A stretch of DNA of 62,952 nt, counting the filler, from Octopus bimaculoides (lineage: Eukaryota), in assembly GCF_001194135.2 (NCBI RefSeq). It is 4 parts of 4 records of this genome, joined end to end, with 100 filler letters (N's around TTAATTAATTAA, not from the genome) between each part and the next. Parts side by side here need not be neighbours in the genome. Positions count along the whole stretch, not along the records: positions 54,116 to 62,952 come from NC_068986.1; 3 more parts are not named here. The stretch is one strand, 5' to 3'. Of this stretch, positions 60,862 to 62,952 are shown piece after piece. The notes under the pieces were generated by a model that saw only the letters and a list, made by a program, of their open reading frames with translations, had not been told where the DNA came from and ran no database searches. Within the stretch, counting starts at the first letter, position 1, and each line of letters begins with the position of its first letter. Made by a program: the position numbers and the translations under genes.

Positions 60862-62952
60862 TCTATCTATATAGAGATTGATAGATAGGTAGAGTGACAG
60901 ACAGATATGCGTATGCATACATATAATTATAGATGTATAAATGGTTCGTGTTAGTGCGCGCGTGGTATTAGAAGCTAGAGAAAGTTATAATGCCATAGGT
61001 AAAGTCAGCAATAAGTGGGGAGTTCATAAGTAAATTGAAAATCTGTCTTATGTTGACAGCGTATTGCTATCAATATATTTCATTATATCCGTATGAAGTG
61101 AAGTTTAATATGAAACAATCCATGCTTATTAATCCATTGGCTGCTACCGCTTTAAAATATGATCACAGAAAGGATAAATATATATATAAATTAATAATCG
61201 ATTCGTTCTGGACTCTCATGCAGTGGCTTTTCTTACATGTTTCTTCTTTTCTTATCCATAGTAGTTATTATTGAATTCAACTCTTTCAGCAACATGAGGA
61301 AACATATAAATTATATATTGATCCAAAATCATGATACTCTAAGTAGGAAAGCAGAAGCAATAATGAAATAAAATCGACAAAGTAATAGTAATTATTAAAA
61401 TAGAAATGGGATACGTAATTAGTTTGACCTGAATACATGATCGTGTTTTATATCATCTGGAACAGAACAATAATAAATGAATTAGAGTAGAACTGAGTAG
61501 AAAGAGAGATGGTTCAATAACACGTCTCGTCATAAATCAAGGCCTGAAATCATTGATTTCAACGTCACAGACGGAAATAGAAATTGTTTTTATTTGCAAA
61601 TGTCTTTTTTTGCGAACATTAAAAATCATATCTTTAATTGCTCTCTTTGTTCAACCTTTCTCCAATGGAAATTATGATACGTCCGTGTAATGTGAAAATG
61701 CATTTAGGTAGACAGAATATCGAAGTTCTGAAATAAAGCAGAATTTTAAGGAAGATTTCAAAGGACAGAAAAGTGACCTACAGTGGACGAATTATTGAAG
61801 TGGGTGAGAGAAACAATTTATAATTCAAAGCATAGAGCTTGGTGTCTGGTGATTACATATGAGGATTTTCACTAATTATTCATTTTTATAATTTTCATTT
61901 TCAAAAACGATTAAATTTATCGACATCATTTGCACCAAAGGGAACTGTAACACTCCTCACCTCAATGATTGAAATATGAATTGTACCATAAAATTATATT
62001 TTTATACCCATTGAAAATTTACTACAGGTAAATTATGAACCCGTGAAGGTACTGAACAGTTAATACACAAACCAAGCATTCAGAAATCGATTAATACCAA
62101 TATATCAATGAGAGTGTGTTTTGTTTTAGCTATAGAGCAACAAAGGAATTTCTCATAAAATGTATTCTTATGTTTGACGACACCGTTATATCAAAACTAT
62201 AATTCTGAAAATTGTGAATGACTTCAAACATTATTGACATTCTATTTCTGTAGAATGTGGAAAAGAATTATAGGTGTGGTACACTTGAATGAAAGTTCAA
62301 TTTACATACTATTTTGTAACCGCCTAATTACTTTTTTACACAAGATATTGTTAGAATGATAGAACTACAAAAATTGTAACAGCATGGTGTCTTTGTTATT
62401 CATCAGATCGTTCGCTAATTGGTAGTTCATAAAGTGCCTAAAGGTCGAGAAATTTCGAAAGAAATTATGTAAATTTCTGTGTGACATTTAAATATAATGC
62501 AATGAACCTTTAAGGAATAAATTATCAAATGATTTTCAAGAACAGAATGTTCTTACATTATATATATATATTCTAAAATGACATTTATATGTTTTAGGTG
62601 TTTCAGTTATTAACGGTGGTACAGAGTGATATTTCAGTTTGTTAATCTAATATATTCTACGGTTGAGTAATTAGGATTATGAGACGGAGGTTCTGTTAGT
62701 AATGGATGGCAAACCATGAACTGAGTCAACTGGATGACGGGGACGGTGGTCAATCATCATAGTGATTAGCGAACTGTTTATCTTCCACACACGTTCATCC
62801 TTTCAAAATTTGACCGCAAATAATCCGCAATTTATATGAAAATTTGTCGCGCAACTTGGCAAAATGTATTTTTCTATTTCTAATTATCATTTCCCCTGTG
62901 GATATCCATATGTCACTTATATGTATGTATATATATATATATATATATATAT

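Noticed and set aside
60900-62952. Possible gene or promoter in the terminal AT-rich unique sequence
   Set aside because: No supported exon, ORF or motif cluster is visible.

Overview
Eukaryotic, repeat- and microsatellite-rich, gapped genomic DNA, most likely a coleoid cephalopod (Octopus-like). The species is inferred from repeat and SINE style and is not proven. The window joins four sequence blocks with an identical 100-bp artificial spacer (N44-TTAATTAATTAA-N44) at 30981, 41849 and 54016. One host gene is well supported: the 5' part of RBM19/MRD1 (multi-RRM ribosome-biogenesis factor) on the + strand. It has 7 recognisable coding exons from 14652 to 30597 (about 264 codons, RRM1 and most of RRM2) and is cut off at the first spacer. 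The rest is mostly transposons: three tRNA-headed SINE families, RTE LINE 3' fragments, an APE-endonuclease LINE fragment, R4/Dong-clade fragments, a degenerate Penelope-like element, two DD37D/maT-type mariner copies and several MITEs. The most interesting observations are (1) two distinct families of type-I hammerhead ribozyme motifs, one in the sense strand of an RBM19 intron and one inside a tRNA-head + (AAT)n + hammerhead fold-back element hit by a Dong-like retrotransposon; (2) an exact extended Myc E-box AACACGTGCG 8 nt before the RBM19 ATG; (3) long perfect intronic hairpins; and (4) an inverted-repeat element containing divergent TTAGGG arrays. Almost all ORFs in the supplied track are artefacts of N runs, microsatellites or SINEs. 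All alignments and folds here were done by eye.
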